A stretch of DNA of 64,000 nucleotides from Malacoraja senta (taxonomy: Eukaryota): the NCBI GenBank assembly GCA_038087875.1, contig CM075977.1, positions 205,282,001 to 205,346,000 on the forward strand, written 5' to 3'. This document shows positions 39,240 through 53,835 of the stretch, in pieces. Each line of letters begins with the position of its first letter. The first letter of the stretch is position 1. Below the pieces are notes generated by a model. The model searched no databases, was not told the origin of the DNA, and saw nothing but the letters and a program-made list of their open reading frames with translations. The translations under genes and the position numbers were made by a program.

Positions 39240-39938
39240 ATTAACGATGAAAGACCTTTTGAATATCATCTTAAATAGCTTATGAAATAGCAAATTACAT
39301 TTTGATGTCTGTTGCAAGAGAATTTGAGGACATAAGTAGAGACATCCAGTTCCAATTATGTAGGTAAGAGTTGTAAGACTACTAATGGAATGTAGTATAC
39401 AGTTCATGTGTCCTTGTTTAAGAAAGAATATAGGTGTGATAAAGTGGAGCAAAAATCCACAAAATTGATTCCTGGAAATTATGTGCCGAATGTGAACTAA
39501 ACACAATCATTTCAAGGGAATCAAATGTTTAAATAGTTTATTAGACTGGCCTGCATCCTTGAATTTGCAAAAAGAAGTGGTGCCTTCCATTGCAGTGAAT
39601 AGAATTGTTACGGGCTTTGGCAGGTCCATCCAGGCGATCCAGGCATTCTGTTTCCCTGGCAACAGAATCAGGGCTCAGTCACAGAATAAAGATTTAACCG
39701 TTCAGAACAGAGGTAAGATGGAATTTCTTTGCACAGAGGATATCATAACTTGAATACTGCACCCAAGATTGGAGTCTTGGATACATTCAAGACAGGATCA
39801 ATAGACTTTGAGATATGGAGAAAATTAAGAGTGCAGAAAAGTGGAACTATGGTGAAAGATCAGTCATGATCTTGCTGAAAAGTGTGGGCAGTGCAAGGAT
39901 CCAAACAGTCTACTATCACTTCTGTTTCATATGTTCTT
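39240..39938 (+). mobile_element. Decayed CR1 3' portion
   Basis: Residual CR1 motifs and a 3' end (gatcagtcatgatcttgctgaa...ctacta...ttcatatgttct). Confidence 0.45.
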
Positions 39939-40593
39939 CAGTTCCTTAAGTTATTTTTGTGCATGAATCTCATTTTAATTACATTCTGCAGTTCTCACTA
40001 CCAATATAATTCTAATATGATATTGTAATAGAAAATGGGATCACATCACGATGTCCCTGTTATCAAATATATTTGACAAATTTGCTGCTTTTCAAATCTG
40101 GTATGTATTGGTTTAGTACAGTGGCCAAACAAAAACAATAGGAAAAAGGTAAAAAACATTTTCATTGTTGGGCATCTTTGGAATGTCATTAGGGGAGGGG
40201 AGGCTGGTCACTAATCATGAGATGAGGAAGGAGTGGAAATCCAACCCTTGAACTATAGACACTGACTTTGGCAAAAGGGGAAGAAAGTATTCAGGACTGT
40301 ATGGCTAGCCTTTGGGCTAAAAGATTTTTTGTAGGACTAGGAGGCGCTCTTATGAACCAAGAGAAAAAAAAGAAATCTGCTATATTTTGGGGTACACACT
40401 CCAATGTTTGTTTACACAGTTCAGGTTAGGCTAGTTTAACATTTGATTCCCATGAATAGATCGTGTTAGTCATGCTGCATATTGTTTCCTTAAAATTTGC
40501 ATTGGATTTTAACAACTGGGGTAAAATCCCAATTTACTTTTTTTTGGGAGATCTCTTTTTTTGACATGTGTGTTGAATCACAAGCAAGACTTT

Positions 40594-40940
40594 AGAGTCA
40601 TACAGTGTGGAAACAGGCCCTTCGGCCGAACTTACCACACCGATCAACATGTCCCATCTACACTAGTCCCACCTGCCTGTGTTTGGACCATATCCCTCTA
40701 AACCTATTCTATCCATGAACCTCTCTAAATATTTCTAAACACTGCGATAGTACCTCCCTCAATTACCTCCTCCGGCAGCTGGTTCTATGCACCCACCACA
40801 CTTTGTGTGTAAAAAAAATAAAGTAACCCCTCGGGATCCTATTAAATCTTTCCCCCCTCACTTTAAACCTATGTCATCTAGTTCTCGATTTTCCCTACTC
40901 TTTGCAAAAGACTGAGTTTACCCAATCTATTCTTTTCATA
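40594..40940 (-). mobile_element. CR1/HER1-type LINE 3' fragment
   Basis: Homologous to 19660-19895. Confidence 0.75.
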
Positions 40941-43900
40941 ATTTTGTTTGCCTAACCAACTTGGACCAATGAATATAATTTTAAAAATAACTTGTGCGCT
41001 GTCCTATTTTTCAGCATGAATGAGCAAGCAGGAGACTTACAGAAATGTATTTAAAAAGAGATTCACAAAATTACCATAGGTTAAAGTTTTGGTATCCTTG
41101 TTTAACATAATTTCAATTATACTGATTAATAACCCAAAGAAATAAAATTTTGAAATTAAATCACAATGTTACCCTTGATTACTTAAAAATAATACAGAAA
41201 TATTTGTTTAACTTTTATTACCAAGACAAAAATGGATCCGAGCCGTATAGTTCATTTTAAAATTTGATTTGTGCCATGTTTTGGGATTTCTGACAATTGC
41301 CATCAGTGTTGTTTCTGCAAGAATCTTTTTTAATTGAAAAATGAACTAGCATTTACAATGTGCTTTCATAAGTTCATATGTGTGCAACCGCCCATGGCAC
41401 CTTTAAGATTACAACCACTATTGTGATTTAGGACATTTGTTGTATTAAACTAAACCAAACTCTTGATACATTAATTTTGCAGACTCTAGGGCCACATTTG
41501 GAAGAAATTTAATTTTGTGTCCAAACCAGTACATCAGACAATATTAGTTTGGATGGATATTTCAGTGATCAGACATTTTTATTCTAGTGGCATGGTCTAA
41601 TTCTGGAGTATCTCGTAAGATAGGTTGAAGATAAAAAAAAATTCTGGAGTGAGAATGGAAGAACAAATGGGAGAGTTTGTTATGTTTGGGGAAGTTTGAA
41701 TCTAACAAAGGCTCCAAAAATACAAACCTTGCCATATGCTGGGCATTAAGAAAGAATGTTTTTGCTGGCCAGTAACTGACCTAAATGGAAAATGGCTGGA
41801 GGGTGGAGGTGTGCAGAAAGTAAATGTTCCATCTACGACTCACAAACATGGATCTTTTTTGCTCTTCTGTGCTGTGATGGAGAACAATATGCAAGATGTT
41901 TCGGAATGCTTCCATTTGCTCCTTTTTATTTGCCACAAATGTTTAGCAAAATAAACTCTTTTCCTTGATTTGTCATGTACTACCATTTAACCAACAGTTC
42001 ATCAGCCCCTCCTATTAAAAGATAGGATAAGTGCTCATTGGGGTAGAGGCATAAGGTCTGGAGTGAATCATTGTTATCATAGAATAAACTAATGTTCGTA
42101 AATTACCTTGGTCTAAAGCACAGTAATTATTTTCTGCTTGTTACATGAACTGAATAAAGTCAGCTTTAAATTTTTTCAACAGTACTTTGTCCATTATCAG
42201 AATGCTCTGGAATTTGTAACAAAGGTATTTTGGTTTGATTATTTGGTGGATCTATTTTATTTAGTTTATATGTACTTAAGTATTTAGTAAGGATTCGCTA
42301 GCCCTTCTGGAAAATTCATGAATAATAGTATTTTACATGGTTATATCAAGGTATTTACAAAGCATCTTTGTTACCTTGATGATCTATTGGCTTATGCATT
42401 GATATAGAGCTGTTGACGGCAGTATATTGTAGGTCAGTGATCAATGTATTAAAATATATATTTTTGTGGTACTCCTGCCCATCAGTGCAAATTGTAGTAA
42501 AGAAATGATCACAAAGCAATCTGAGATTTCTTTTAAACTGTAAAGGTTTTGATTTTTAACAGATGTGTTAGGTCTTTAACCATATATTATCTTAGAGTAG
42601 TTTCCGAGCACATGTTAATTGGCTCCTTTCTGTGACAAATTATGAACACTTACTTTGATGAGGTTCAACTGTGATCGTGTTGGAGTCAAGTAAAAAGACT
42701 TTCCAGCCCCTGCTGGTTCCCCAAATCGCTACCAACAGCTGCACATCAATATAGTGCTGAGTAATGACAGGATTTGAGCTGATTTGATTTATGTACAGAT
42801 TTTTTTTTGTAGGATATTTCCAGCCTTTTAGTGTCAGGGTTATATATTTCTTTGTCATTTATGCAAATTCTCTTTCAGTTCTGGCACAAGTGTTCAAGTC
42901 CCTGTGTAAAATAAAACAATTGTTCTGTATTTCCCCAATCAGACAGCCACTTAATCGACTTATAGTCAGAATGGTTGGAGAATGTGCATTATTTTATCAT
43001 TATTTATTATTGTCCAACTGAATTCATGAACTCTTCTGAATAGTTATTTTGATGCTCTGGTGATTTTTCTCCCCCCTTTTTTCTTTTTGTGGTATCCATG
43101 TCAGTTCCTTCTAGCATTGTTAGTGCTGAGCACTATGAAATGACTGATGGACTTGAGAACAGGAAGAATTGCTGTGGTTCTGCTGGGAGATGGGTTTCCA
43201 AAGTCACATAGTGCTTCTACAACTTCTTTCCCCCCTCCATCAGATCAGAATGATTCAACGTTGCTGGGTTTCAAAGGTATTGTGCCATTAGCATACATTA
43301 CTTCTGCTTCCAGGTTTGGTTTGGCATCTAGTGGATAATAAACCAAATGGAAAGCCAGTTGGAAATTGCATTCAGATGTTTTAACAGAGGAAAACTATTA
43401 ATTCAGAATTTGCGGTAGCAATAATGGTGAGGCTTGCAGCACTCATGTTTATGAAGAAGTAAATTAGACAGCAATTCTTGACTTCTGTATTTTGGCAGTA
43501 AAAGATAGAACTTGGGAAGCTGCTGCCCATCTCCTTGACAAGCATTGGTACACCATTATCTTGCTCAACATTCAAATACATGAAGGGTTCAAACTCGCTA
43601 TACTTGTGCATGGATCTAAATATGCCAGAAAAAGTTAGGACCTTTCATATAAAAGTAATTATTTTAATTGTATAGTGGGGCAGATTGGATTCGCTTTAGG
43701 CTGAAGGCTCGTACAAGAAGTACTGGCTGTTTTCTTCTGGCATGTCAGCACACTATTAAGTTAATTCCTGTGCACCACAGCATGCAAATACTGAATGCAA
43801 CAGGGATCAGTTGCTGCCACATCCAAACATTTTCTCGGCGAAAGGACTCGCTGCCGTGCCTAGTGGAGCAGGGGTGACCCCTTATCTACCCAACTCCATG

Positions 43901-45581
43901 TCCTGATTTTATATCCCATTACTTGATTTTACATCAGCCATAGGTGCCATACCTAGGACGGCCCCATTCATTTGAATGGGGTCACTTAACTTCAACAAGA
44001 AAGCCTGTTAGATTTATTTCTATCTACTTTTACATTTCTTGTTATAGTAACATTTTTTATTTATAGCAGTTGCATATATTTTTAACTATTTTCAAATGTT
44101 TATATTTTGGCTATTCTTAAATGTCTCTGATTAATAGATATCAGGAGATGTTTGAAAGGGTTTGACAAATCAAGTTGTCAGAAGGCTGACGAAATAGTTG
44201 CAGGCAGGGCCTTAATTCTACTGCCTGAACCTTTCTCGCCACTTGTGCATTGTGCCACTTTGGCAATGCTTTTGAGGCGAGTCTCCAAGATGTTGAGTAC
44301 CACAAGGGAGGTATGACTACAGGATTAGTACTGGATGAGTTCTTGAGGTGAGAATTCAAGTATCACCAAACAATATTTGCAACTTTGAAAATGTACTTTC
44401 ATATATGTTGAGTGGCTTTTCATAACAGTTGAGTTGTTGGAAATTGTGAACTAGTTTTTATTTTTTTGTTGAGCATTATCTTGACTTTATTGGTCAAAGT
44501 TTTGCTTCTCTGAGGAGCAGATTCGAAAGATTGTTTTTTTATTTCATGAAATAATCTGAGCCTACTTTGAGAATATTGCACTGTATTTACTCTGTGGTTG
44601 GAAACAATGCCCTTTGATTGTCTGGTTAAACCCAGGCCTTACTTATCTAGTGCCTAAAGTGGAACCAAAAAGGACAATACCAGTATTTTAAATGACTGGC
44701 CATTCCCCCAAGCAAAGGTTTCATATGTGCGCGTCCACCCCCCCCCCCCCCCCCTCCTCCCTCACCCCCATCTCTGGCCAAATTAAATTTTCATCTGACT
44801 TGTATATTACTGCTCGCTTCCAAGGAGTTGGCACCTGAGGTGGTCTTTGCTTAGTTCAGCCTGTGACCCATGAGTACAGTGACTATACATGTTTACGATC
44901 CTGAAATTTCAGTCTTGACCTCATGGAATCTTACGATTGAGCACGTTCTTCTTCAGTTCAGCAGCTGGAATAGGGGTAAGTGAAAAAACAATTGCTGCCT
45001 ATCCTGGGGAGGGATAGGCAGCAATAGATGGAGATCAGGATTTAACCTGTGTCTCCCGACCTATGATCTATCAACAATAATTATGCTGAATATCCAAGTG
45101 CACTACATCAACTTGGTTAATCATTTTATTTCTGGTATCCTTTAGAACACTCTCAAATCTCTTTTGGCTCTGTTTGATTGTCATGTGATTCTTAAATGTG
45201 CTGCTATTAACCCCTTCAGTTTTTCCCAACAGCAGATGTTAGACTAACAGCAAGTTTCCTGAGCCCTTAGATTGGCTTGCACGAGTGCTTTTAAGCAATG
45301 AGGTGCAACTATGTGTTCACATGTTGCTTATAAGCCTCACAGATGCTCGTTATTCATGTAACTGCACTTTGAATTTGCACTCATGCAGTTAACAGCATGG
45401 TTGATGATGGCTGAAAGCTGCATTTGAGATGGGAATAAGAACTTTGTACTAACCTTGCATTTGCTTAATTGGGCACATGTTTTCCTGCTCTTTCTCATGA
45501 AAAAACATAGGAATTATATTCAATACATTATGCACCCAACATCAGTAAAAATCTTTCCTTTTAAGTAATATATAATGCACA

Positions 45582-46020
45582 GTCAGGGCTTATGGGGAGA
45601 AGGCAGGAGAATGGGGTTAGGAGAGAGAGATAGATCAGCCATGATTGAATGACGGAGTAGACTTGATGGGTCAAATGGCCTAATTCTGCTTCTATCGCAT
45701 AACCTAATGCAGGAAAATGGACCCACGAATCCTTCTAAGTCTCAAAAAATAAAGTTGATACTTGATAATCCATACTTCCCAATCATCAATAACCAAATTT
45801 TGTTCAACAGAACACATTGCTGTGGATGAAAGCATGAGGGCCAGGGATTGTTAGGGAGAAGTTGGGCAAGCGAGGACTTTATTCCTTGGAGCACAGGAGG
45901 CTGAGGGATGATCTCACAGAGATGTATAAGATCATGAGGGGAATAGTTAGGGCAAATGCACTTTTTTTTACTAGGTTAGGGGAATCCAGAATTAACGGTC
46001 ATTTTAAAGTGAGAGGGGAA
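45582..46020 (+). mobile_element. Two CR1/HER1 fragments (3' UTR at 45582-45705; ORF2 remnant at ~45840-46020)
   Basis: HER1 3' UTR as at 22162. Peptide GLYSLEHRRLRDDLTEMYKIMRG is typical of CR1 ORF2. Confidence 0.75.
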
Positions 46021-47159
46021 TTGGTGATACTCTGTGCCATACAGAGGGATTGTTGCATCCAAGAATGCGGCATTTTAAAGTGAACTGGTCAAGCAGATTC
46101 CTGATTGTTTGAACACAAGATCCCATGATAATATCTTTTAAAAAAAGAACCGAGTTCCTGGTTAACGTGCATTCCTAATAGCATTAAAGCAGATAATGCA
46201 CTTATTAATCTGATACATACTGTATTTGTGGCATTTGCTATATTATTTCAATTTTGACTACATTTCACATTTTTTTATCGTTAACCTTTTTTTACTTTTG
46301 TGTTGGATCTACATATGGAAAGTAACGAAGTTACCAACTATTAGTTAAATAGCATTAATCTCTAACATTTTATATTTGGTTTAAGCCAATGTTTTTTTGC
46401 CTTTGCATGTAATTCATCATTCAACACTAAAGTTGCTTTGTATTGCTGTTTTAAACCATTGATAGTTAATTTTATTAAGATTTATAAAAATTGCAGAGAT
46501 TTATTTTCTCTGAATCAGTTTCTTTATCAGAGATGATTTTCTGTTTACATGCTTGCAACACTTTTAAAACGAGTTCTTTACAGAGTATGGGTTGTGGTTT
46601 ATCATTATGGCCCAAAACCTAGGCTGCTTTAAATTGTTTACAATTATCTTTTGCTTCTAATCATTTTCGTGCAAGTGCCTGATACCTTGTTGAAATCAGC
46701 TTCCGAAGCCTATTGCATAGGAGTCATCTTATTAGGCAATAATTGCCTATATCATATAGGTTTAGGAAAGCAATAGCAATTAGACTCATCTTGAATTCCA
46801 TCTTCATATCTGGATCAATAGCCCACTGGGACTGAATTCCAATAACATTGTGAGTCTTGCCAGTAATATAAACATAAGCATGGTTCATTACAATAAAGTT
46901 CACCTGAACTTCATTTTGTGAAGTGCTTTAAGGTTCTCTGAGGGCAGTATTAAAGATGTTGCAAACATTTTATTAATCTCCTGTATTAAGAAACTGTAGT
47001 ACAGAAATAAGAATAATACACTCGTAGGCATCCATCATCCATGGGGAATTAGGCACTGGTTGCATGAGAATTACAAAAAAGATATTGTATATCACGCATA
47101 AGTAAACAGAACGTAAAGCTATATGCAATAAAGCTTTAAATGGGTGTACTATGTCATCT

Positions 47160-47960
47160 TGGCGGATGTGCAGGAGTGGGCGCCGTTTGTATGGCCGCCT
47201 GCCTGCAGTCCGTCCTCTAACTCTTTTATTGTCTGAACATTTATTTTTTGGAGTCTATTCTTTCTATGTGGGGGGGGGGGAACTGTTTTAACCCCAGTCC
47301 TACCTGGTCAGAGATGCGGTTTTCCTCCAAATCGCGTCTCCGGTCTCCCCATGCGGCCTTCCATCGGGCTGGAACGGCGTTTCCTGCCGGGGACCACAGC
47401 TTCGGCGGCACAGCGCTGGGACATCAGCAGGGAGCGGGCGATGCCTTGCCGGGTCGCCGCTCCGGAGTGCTGTGGCCGCCGACCACCAACATCGGGCAGC
47501 CGCAGTCTGCGGTCTGCGGTTTGAGGGCGACACCGCGGAGTCGAGGCTCCAACCGGCGCGGCCTGAAATCCACGGGCGTCGCAGTCTCCGGGGAAGGAGC
47601 GGCCGCTCCAGACATTTCCAAGCTGCTGAGGACTTTTCCACCCGATGCGGGTGGGCAAACAACATCGGGCTGCCGTTGCGGCGACTGGCTGCAGTGGCCT
47701 CAAACTGGCCCCGACCTCGGGTGGACTAGGAGGAGGAGGAGGACTGGACATTTTGGTGCCTTCCCTCACAGTGGAGAGTGGAGATTCTACTGTGGGGGGA
47801 TGTTCGTGTTTGTGTAAAATCTCTTATAGTGTGTTGTCATTTTTTCTATCTCTTTTTATTATTTGTATGGTTAGTAACTGTAAAGCACTTTGGCTTTTGA
47901 TTCAAATCAATTGGAAAATGTGCTATATAAATAAACTTATTATTATTATTATTATTATTA
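47160..47960 (+). mobile_element. GC-rich non-autonomous retroelement with L2-like 3' end and (ATT)n tail
   Basis: CpG-rich body with no credible ORF. Ends tgtaaagcactttg...tgtgctatataaataaac(tta)n and shares a block with 58600-58660. Confidence 0.55.
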
Positions 47961-48611
47961 TCTTCTTAACCTTTTAAAGCACAATGGTTTACACAGCAAT
48001 TTTATACTATAAGGATGCACAGCATTAATGAAAAATAAAGTAAAATAAATCAAATGGATGATGACATTCACCATCAGATGTACCAAATCTACAGAGAGCA
48101 TGTTGCTGCTAATCAGCCTAAAACTTCACTGCCCTTGTGTATAAATATAAATACATTAAAAATGACTTTTCACACAGATTTTGCACAGCACTTGAAATAA
48201 AGTTTCAAGCGTTTAATGTTATTTCATGAAAGCAAATTTTTGCCATGAGAATTCTAGACGCAGTCATACTGGATAAACACAAGTTTCTTGCAATACTTTT
48301 GAACAGACCAGAGTTTGGCCAAGATAGTTTGGTGAAAAGGGCAATGAAAACAGAAAAATCTGTTTGCAAAAGATTGCTTCTGTTATTTAAATGCAAATGC
48401 TTCTGTTATTTAAACATTATTGAAGAGCAGGATTGCAGTTTGAGCAGAAAACAAAGTGCTGTGGAACCTGACAAGCCATACAGTATTTATGGAGGGAAAG
48501 GTAGAGAAGGTGTTTCAGGTCGAGACATTTCTTCAGTCTGAAAAAGGGTCCATTGCACTCCAAGGAAGCTGCCAATATTGATAAGCAACTTATCGAAGAA
48601 CACACCGTCTG

Positions 48612-49024
48612 GAAAAAACAGATCAATTTCTCAAGACATGGACACCCTTCACCGAATTCTTACAACAATAGCATGGTGCAACACAAATTTAAATTTAAAT
48701 CCGACGCTGGGTTGGGTGAGGTGGGCGGGGGGGACGAGGGGCAAGGTATATCTCCACCTGTCTTTTTCTTTTTTCTTATTTCTATATCTTTCTGCCACAC
48801 TGGTAGTTTAGGGGTCTTTCTTTTGTTCTTTTTCGATCTATATTTTCACTTTCTACTTTTTTCCTTTCTTGTTTTCTTCTTGTTTTCTTTTTTCATTTTC
48901 ACAATTTAGGTTATAAGGTTAAAAATGAAGCTGTACAATAATTGTATAATTTTAGATGCCGAATGTTTTATCTTTGTACAATTGCTTCTAATAAAAATAA
49001 ATTTAAAAAAAATAATAATAAAAA
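48612..49024 (+). mobile_element. 5'-truncated L1/Tx1-type LINE end
   Basis: 13-bp TSD AACACACCGTCTG at 48599-48611 and 49025-49037. Terminal codons read EKTDQFLKTWTPFTEFLQQ*, like an L1 ORF2 end. AATAAA is followed by an A-rich tail. Confidence 0.8.
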
Positions 49025-50479
49025 AACACACCGTCTGAATGTTACCACATATCATTCTCAAATGATCATTATTTATACTTGGGAAATTTCAATCTAAAGT
49101 TAATAAAACTATATAAATTTGGAATGTACATTGTTTAATTGCTCATTTACTCTTGTTATTTTTTTAAAAATCAGAACAAACCATTGATTTTATTTTCTCA
49201 TACAGGCTTGGTTTAACATGACTCGTTAGCCCACGATAAATATTTTTACTAATATTACAATGTGCAAAGGATGTATATTAAGCAAGTTAATTTATTTTTC
49301 TTACCTCAAAGATTTCACAATTGGTATTCCTACCAGTCATATTTAAAAACACACTCATGAAATAGTAAATATTTTGCTACAAATAAAATATGGAACATTG
49401 TTTAAAATATGGATATCATATCAGTGGCAAAGCATTTGAATGTTTTTGTGGCTGTGGAGACAAATCATTGGCTAGGTTCTTGATTAGTAAGTGTGCCAAA
49501 GCTTGTAGGGAGAAAGCAGGATTGAGAGGGGAAAATAGATCAGCCATGATTGAATGGCCTAATTCTGCTCTAATGTCTTGTCTTGTAGAATGTTGTTGGT
49601 ATCCACAATGTGTAGAGTTCCTTGCTCACAAAAATAATTTCAGGGTCTATTTTAAGTTACTGTTTTGGTTGTGAAAGTCATCTGCCAACAAGTGATTGCT
49701 CAGGAATGAAATGGGAAGGACAGAAGGGAATAACAAAAATCTTGCAGGAGAGTTTGGCAGGAAAGATGAAGGCGATGTAGAGTGTTTTATGAATACCTGG
49801 TTGGGGCACAAACCATCCATTATTTCATCAAATGGCAAGATAAGCTTAAACTCTACTCTTATTCCATTGGGGTTGAAATTTGTTAGTTATTACTAAATTA
49901 GGTCTTTTTCACAAAATGGGCAAATTAATTTATAATCCCTAAGATTGCTAAAGAGCAGATGACTGGGAGAATTTCTTTTAAAACTTTTTTTGCTAACTGG
50001 ATAGCATGCAACAAAAAGTTTTTTCTTGTATATGTGACAATAATAAACTAAACTAAACTGATCTCTGAAACACTGGATCAGAGGTTCCTCCTTTAGCACT
50101 GAACTAGGCTCATGGCAACCTACTGAAGTGTAGCCTTTAGCTCCAGGTGACACCGTGTACTATGTGGTAGACTCCCATGAGGGCCCAGCAAACCCTCAGA
50201 GTTCCCAGCTTGTAAGGAATGGCTGGCAGAGGTGTGATCAGATCTGTCCATCGGACACAATTCACGTACTTTAAATTTATTTAATTCTGTGAATGAGTAT
50301 TTTACTTCGAGATTTCAATAAAATAATTTAAAAATAATATTATTTTTACTCTGCAGAGTGACTGAACATTTTTAAATGTTTGTAAATATAAAGGATCAGC
50401 TATGAGCAGGTCCATACCCAGAGTAAAGCTTGGTAAAATGGTATGGGCCAAGGACTGATCTGAAAACATTGGGGAAGAA

Positions 50480-51190
50480 GCGATTCCAGAATCTGGTCAT
50501 GATTGCTTTCAATCTTTTGTATCTTCTACCCAATGGAGAGGTGAGAAGAGGGAATGACTGGGGTGTAAATGATCCTTGATTATGATGACTGCATTCTCAA
50601 GACAGGAAGAAGTGTAGATGGAGATGCAAGATGTGCTGGGCTACATCAACAACTTGCAAAGTTTTGAAGTTTTGGGCACAGCTATTGCCCAACCGAGTTG
50701 TGTTGCATTCCCATAGGCTGCTTTCTATAGTGTATCTGTAGCAGTTAGTAAAAGTTGACCAAGACATGGCGAACTTCCTTAATCTTCTAAGGAAGTCAAA
50801 GCTTTGGTATGCTTATTTGGCCATAGCTTCAATGTGTTTGGTCCAGGCCAAATTGTTGGTGATATTTACACCTAGGAACATAATGTTCTTGACCAGTTCT
50901 ACTTCGGCACTATTAATGCTGACTTGGGCTCATACACAACCTAATTTCCAGAAGTCAATTCCTTCATCTTTCTGATATAGAGGGAGAGGTTATTGACCTG
51001 ACACCATATTACTAAGTTCTCTATCTCTTTCCTGTCCTTCTCATTGTTGTTACAATGGTGGTGTGATCTGCAAGCTTGCAAATGCAGATAGGGCAGACTT
51101 TGGCAGCACAGTCATGAGTGTATCCGGAGAATAAACAGGGCTGAGAACACATCCTTGTTGAGCACTTGGTGTTGAGAATTTCATCAAAAG
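50480..51190 (-). mobile_element. Decayed Rex1/Babar-type RT fragment
   Basis: Minus-strand peptide YTHDCAAK...KLADHTTIV and nucleotide similarity to 3139-3908. Confidence 0.65.
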
Positions 51191-53009
51191 CAATGTTGAT
51201 GCCCCAAGTCACAAACTAAGCCATGTTGGCTTCTGTACTTGTTATTTGCACTGTGAAAACTAGCAAGAAATTTGAGCATCTTCAGTTCTTCAGTTTCATC
51301 GTGATGTTTGGGAGAAATGTTGGAAATTAAATGTAATGGCCAATTGCTTAAAAGACTAAGTTTAAGGTTTACATACTTAACCAATTAAAAAATATATATA
51401 TCATAGAGGGGCATTTGGCCTAATCAATCCATGCTGGTGCCAAGCAACCTTTTTTTCTTTTTTAACATTCTTTTAACTAATTAAAAAAAAAAAAAAATTC
51501 TACCCAAACACATTTTATTCTCCTCGCATTCCCTTCAATTCAACCACTCATCTGCACACTAGAGGCACACTATATTGGCCATTTAACCAAACAACCTGCA
51601 ATTCTCAGATTGTGGGATGAAACGGAAGCACATGGAGGAAAAGCATAAGGTTACAGGGTCAATATCCAAACTCCACATAGCGAAAGCAGTAAATGAGGAA
51701 TTAATCCGGGTCGCTGTAGTTGTGAAGACACATCTCCACTAACTGGACCATGCTCCACTTTAGTACATTCAATGTATAGAAACATTCAATGTGATTCCGA
51801 TCTCTATTTACATTGGATATCTTGTTATAATTATTATCTCTGTTGAACTTTAATACAACGCAATGAGTGTATACCAAAAAGTCATTTAACTCTATGTGCC
51901 CATCTATTTATCTAGTGTGTCCAAGTTATTATTGTAGTTACACTAAGGTGGAAAATATCAAAACCATTGAAAAGATGAGCCATATTAAAGAACAAATTGT
52001 ATTCTTAAATTATTTTAAACTGTTGTGGCATGCAAACAATAATGCATTTTGGCTGAGAACTGTATTAATGTGACTCGGGACATCAACATTGCATTTGATG
52101 AACCAATATCTGCTGGAGGCATTTTGAGTCAAGTTCCTTCTTATTGATATGCCTTGGAAGAGGTGGCCCGATTTTGTTTTAGTGTTTTCAACCATTTTAA
52201 GTTTTGTATTTAGTAATTCTGTTAATTTTACAGGTTTACCTTTGAAAGAAATATGCTGAAAGTGACATAGCTGAGTCTGTTTTTCGTATTCTTCAAGCCA
52301 AGGAGACAATTTGACTTTACAGGCAGGTGTTAGGAGTTCAGAGTAAAGAGAGCCAGATGCGAAAGGGAATTGCTGCATTCTCATGTGGCTGTTTTTAATT
52401 CATCTATGCCCTTGGGTTAGTATCGACTCGCTCTGCTCTAAATCCTGGGGCAACTTGCCTGACTTGCAATTCTATCTCATTTGAAAGCATGGGAAAATTC
52501 TTCTATAATTCATCATACAACATATGTAAGAAAATTAGAACAGAAATTTAAGATGTAAAGGTTGGATTCGTACTTCCTGCACACATCCTTCCCCATCGAC
52601 TCACTATTTTCCTTGGATATTAGAGATAACATTTTCATAAACACTCCCAAAAATGCTCTCCTCAATTTTCTCAGCATAGTTCCTTAAACTTTCCATTATT
52701 TGTTCATTCTTCAGCTTTGCTTTCGTAATATTATTGGGGGGTGTGAATCAAACTATGTAGATTTGAATATACTTACTGCACCAGTATCAAATAACATTTT
52801 CCTTACTGATCACGAAAATTTAGATGTCTATTTAATAGTTAAATATCTCTGAACTTTATTATTTTTTTAATCAGAATCGTGTGTTACCAGGTCCTTTAAG
52901 TTGTGCATGAATACAGTATAATTTAGTGTTTTTGCAAACAACCATAAGTTGATTTTATCTATAACCCATAAAAGACACCAAAAAAATAATTGTTGCCATT
53001 CCTGCACAG

Positions 53010-53206
53010 CAGGGGTGTCAAACTCGCGGCCCGCAGGCCGGATGCGGCCCGCGAAGGGGTCCAATCCAGCCCGCGGGATGATTTCCCCGATGCCAGAGCG
53101 GGCTGCAGCTGTCCCTGGTGCTACATTCGCATGTGCACGGCGCAATCCGGCGCACATGAAGTCTCATCTTGCCCTAAAATGAGTTTAAATGAGTTTGACA
53201 CCCTTG
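53010..53206. mobile_element. hAT (Charlie-like) MITE
   Basis: TIRs CAGGGGTGTCAAACTC / GAGTTTGACACCCTTG. 8-bp TSD ctgcacag / ctccacag (7 of 8 match). Subterminal gcggcccg repeats. Confidence 0.88.
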
Positions 53207-53835
53207 CTCCACAGTATTAGAGTGAATGGCATCAAAAGCACACTAGACTGATAAGAAAGAACAGTTATTAAAAGTGGAGAGAGAGAAAAAACTGTATGCC
53301 TTTAGTAGGAACTAACATATGTATATGCATCAGTCTTTTAAATGTAATTACATTATGGGAACCCATTTGTATTTATTGAGCTGACTTTGCGTCAGGCATT
53401 CGTAACTCATGGATGCCCCTGGGACACTGGTAAGGTAGAATCCTGCCTACTAATTTAACAAGGATGGATTAAAAGTTGCATTAGAATGACTGCAGAACTG
53501 AGCGACCACTAAAATAAAAATATTGTGGATTACATGTCTGTGGTGTCTATAATAATCTGTAAATGGTGTAGAATGTCCAACTAACTATATGGCAACACCA
53601 GACAGTCTGGCCCTCCTTTCTAGACTTTTCACACAAGGTTAATTTACTTTTATACTTGCTTGGACCGCTAGAATGGAAAGTGCAGTCTGATCTAAGAAGG
53701 AAGATGAGCACCCATGGCAATCATTGTGAAGAACATCGCATAAAATATCTTCTGAAACAAACCGGGGAAGACGTTAATACGATTGACTAATTATTTTAAT
53801 TATTCCCAGAAAGACATTGTGTACTTGAGGTTTTT

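Noticed and set aside
43961-43982. Palindrome ccccattca-tt-tgaatgggg, partly repeated near 24704
   Set aside because: Too short to assign. Most likely a DNA-transposon remnant, and I found no TIR or TSD.
45592-45610. ATGGGGAGAAGG resembling a MEF2 start (MGR..)
   Set aside because: It is part of a HER1 3' UTR repeat and does not continue as the MADS box KKIQI.
47248-47977. Six overlapping ORFs up to 189 aa
   Set aside because: Artefact of a GC-rich repeat. No RT, endonuclease or other motifs.
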